DNA of 64,000 nt from Vicugna vicugna (lineage: Eukaryota). Under the pieces are notes generated by a model. The model was not told the DNA's origin. It searched no databases and saw only the letters and a list, made by a program, of their open reading frames with translations. Position numbers and translations under genes: made by a program. Positions 63,271 through 64,000 of the stretch are shown here, piece by piece. The stretch is taken from positions 10,872,184-10,936,183 of the forward strand of contig MU058844.1 in assembly GCA_013265495.1 (NCBI GenBank). Reading direction: 5' to 3'. Numbering within the stretch: the stretch's first letter is position 1; every line of letters begins with the position of its first letter.

Positions 63271-63904
63271 AAAGACAGTTTGATTAAGGAGATAAGAGAT
63301 TACACAGTGCAAAACAGATTTACTGTTAGCAGTAGAGCAATGACTTGAAATGCTGTGTAATCATTGGTGAATAGGCTGGCTATTAAACCGACTTAAACTG
63401 GTATTAGAATTCAGCAAAAAAAATTACTCAAGAAAGCTTTTTTCAACATCATGTACTTCATGGTCTTGAAGAACAACACAATCTTTGCAGGCATCTGTCA
63501 TTAAGAAACAAACCAAAAATCCCTTGAACTTTCTTAGTCAGTAAACTGCAAGGCTAGGATAATATTTTCTCCATGAAAATCCAAAGGGAAATCACCATAA
63601 TAGCAAATTCTGATCGCAACGATAATCTGTAGTTCTGCAATTATTTTTTACTGATTAATTTATCAACTATGTAAGAGGTCAAATCTCAGTAAATCACAGC
63701 GTAATCTTAGAATAAAATGCTACTAAAACACAGATCCTATGCATAAATGTTCTTGCTAGTAGTTAATTTTGATAAGAAACACTTTTTTTTTAATTTTTTG
63801 ATAGGCATCTTAAATTTAAAATCATTACCACCATTGTTTCAGGTATTTAGGACACGTCCTTTAAAGACACACAAAAAAACCTCCCTGAATCTTCCTTTCG
63901 AAAC

Positions 63905-64000
63905 AAAAGGAGGGAGTGGGTTATTAACTCACTTAATCCTCTAGACAATTTAATAATGTAGAGGCTGTATTATCCCAGTTTAACAGGTAAGGAAACTGAG
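63905..64000 (-). mobile_element. MIR fragment running off the window
   Basis: 'tattaactcacttaatcctc ... tattatcccagtttaacaggtaaggaaactgag'. Confidence 0.8.

Noticed and set aside
1509..63944. ORF-track entries as protein-coding genes
   Set aside because: All are short with no recognisable homology. Many lie in L2, L1 or SINE remnants (e.g. 12646-13143, 52920-53267, 59325-59579, 61843-62037), and they form no consistent splice-linked exon chain.
1..64000. CRISPR arrays, operons, rRNA or known miRNA/snoRNA genes
   Set aside because: No regularly spaced repeats or prokaryotic gene structure, and I recognised no known small-RNA sequence. An Rfam/miRBase search would be needed to exclude small RNAs fully.

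Overview
AT-rich, CpG-depleted mammalian DNA with no protein-coding exon I can recognise; the ORF-track entries are chance ORFs or transposon remnants. Two tRNA-Ala-derived SINEs of the vic-1 type and several short L1 3' ends suggest a camelid genome (inference). The window is most likely a large intron or a regulatory intergenic region; I cannot name a host gene. It is dominated by old repeats: MIR, L2, hAT-Charlie/MER5, Tigger-type MER2, MADE2 and an ERVL-type LTR. The most notable items are a collinear fossil of a CR1/L3 ORF1 esterase region (~10.3-11.45 kb), an AmnSINE1/Deu-domain fossil (~18.2-18.6 kb), a near-consensus CTCF site (19.46 kb), a CpG-retaining promoter-like segment with an ATG-free minus-strand exon and an opposite-strand splice donor (44.7-45.7 kb), and a twin-primed (5'-inverted) L1 (59.3-59.8 kb). 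I found no convincing wholly new biological system. Repeat family names come from recalled consensus sequences, not a database search, and boundaries of old repeats are approximate.
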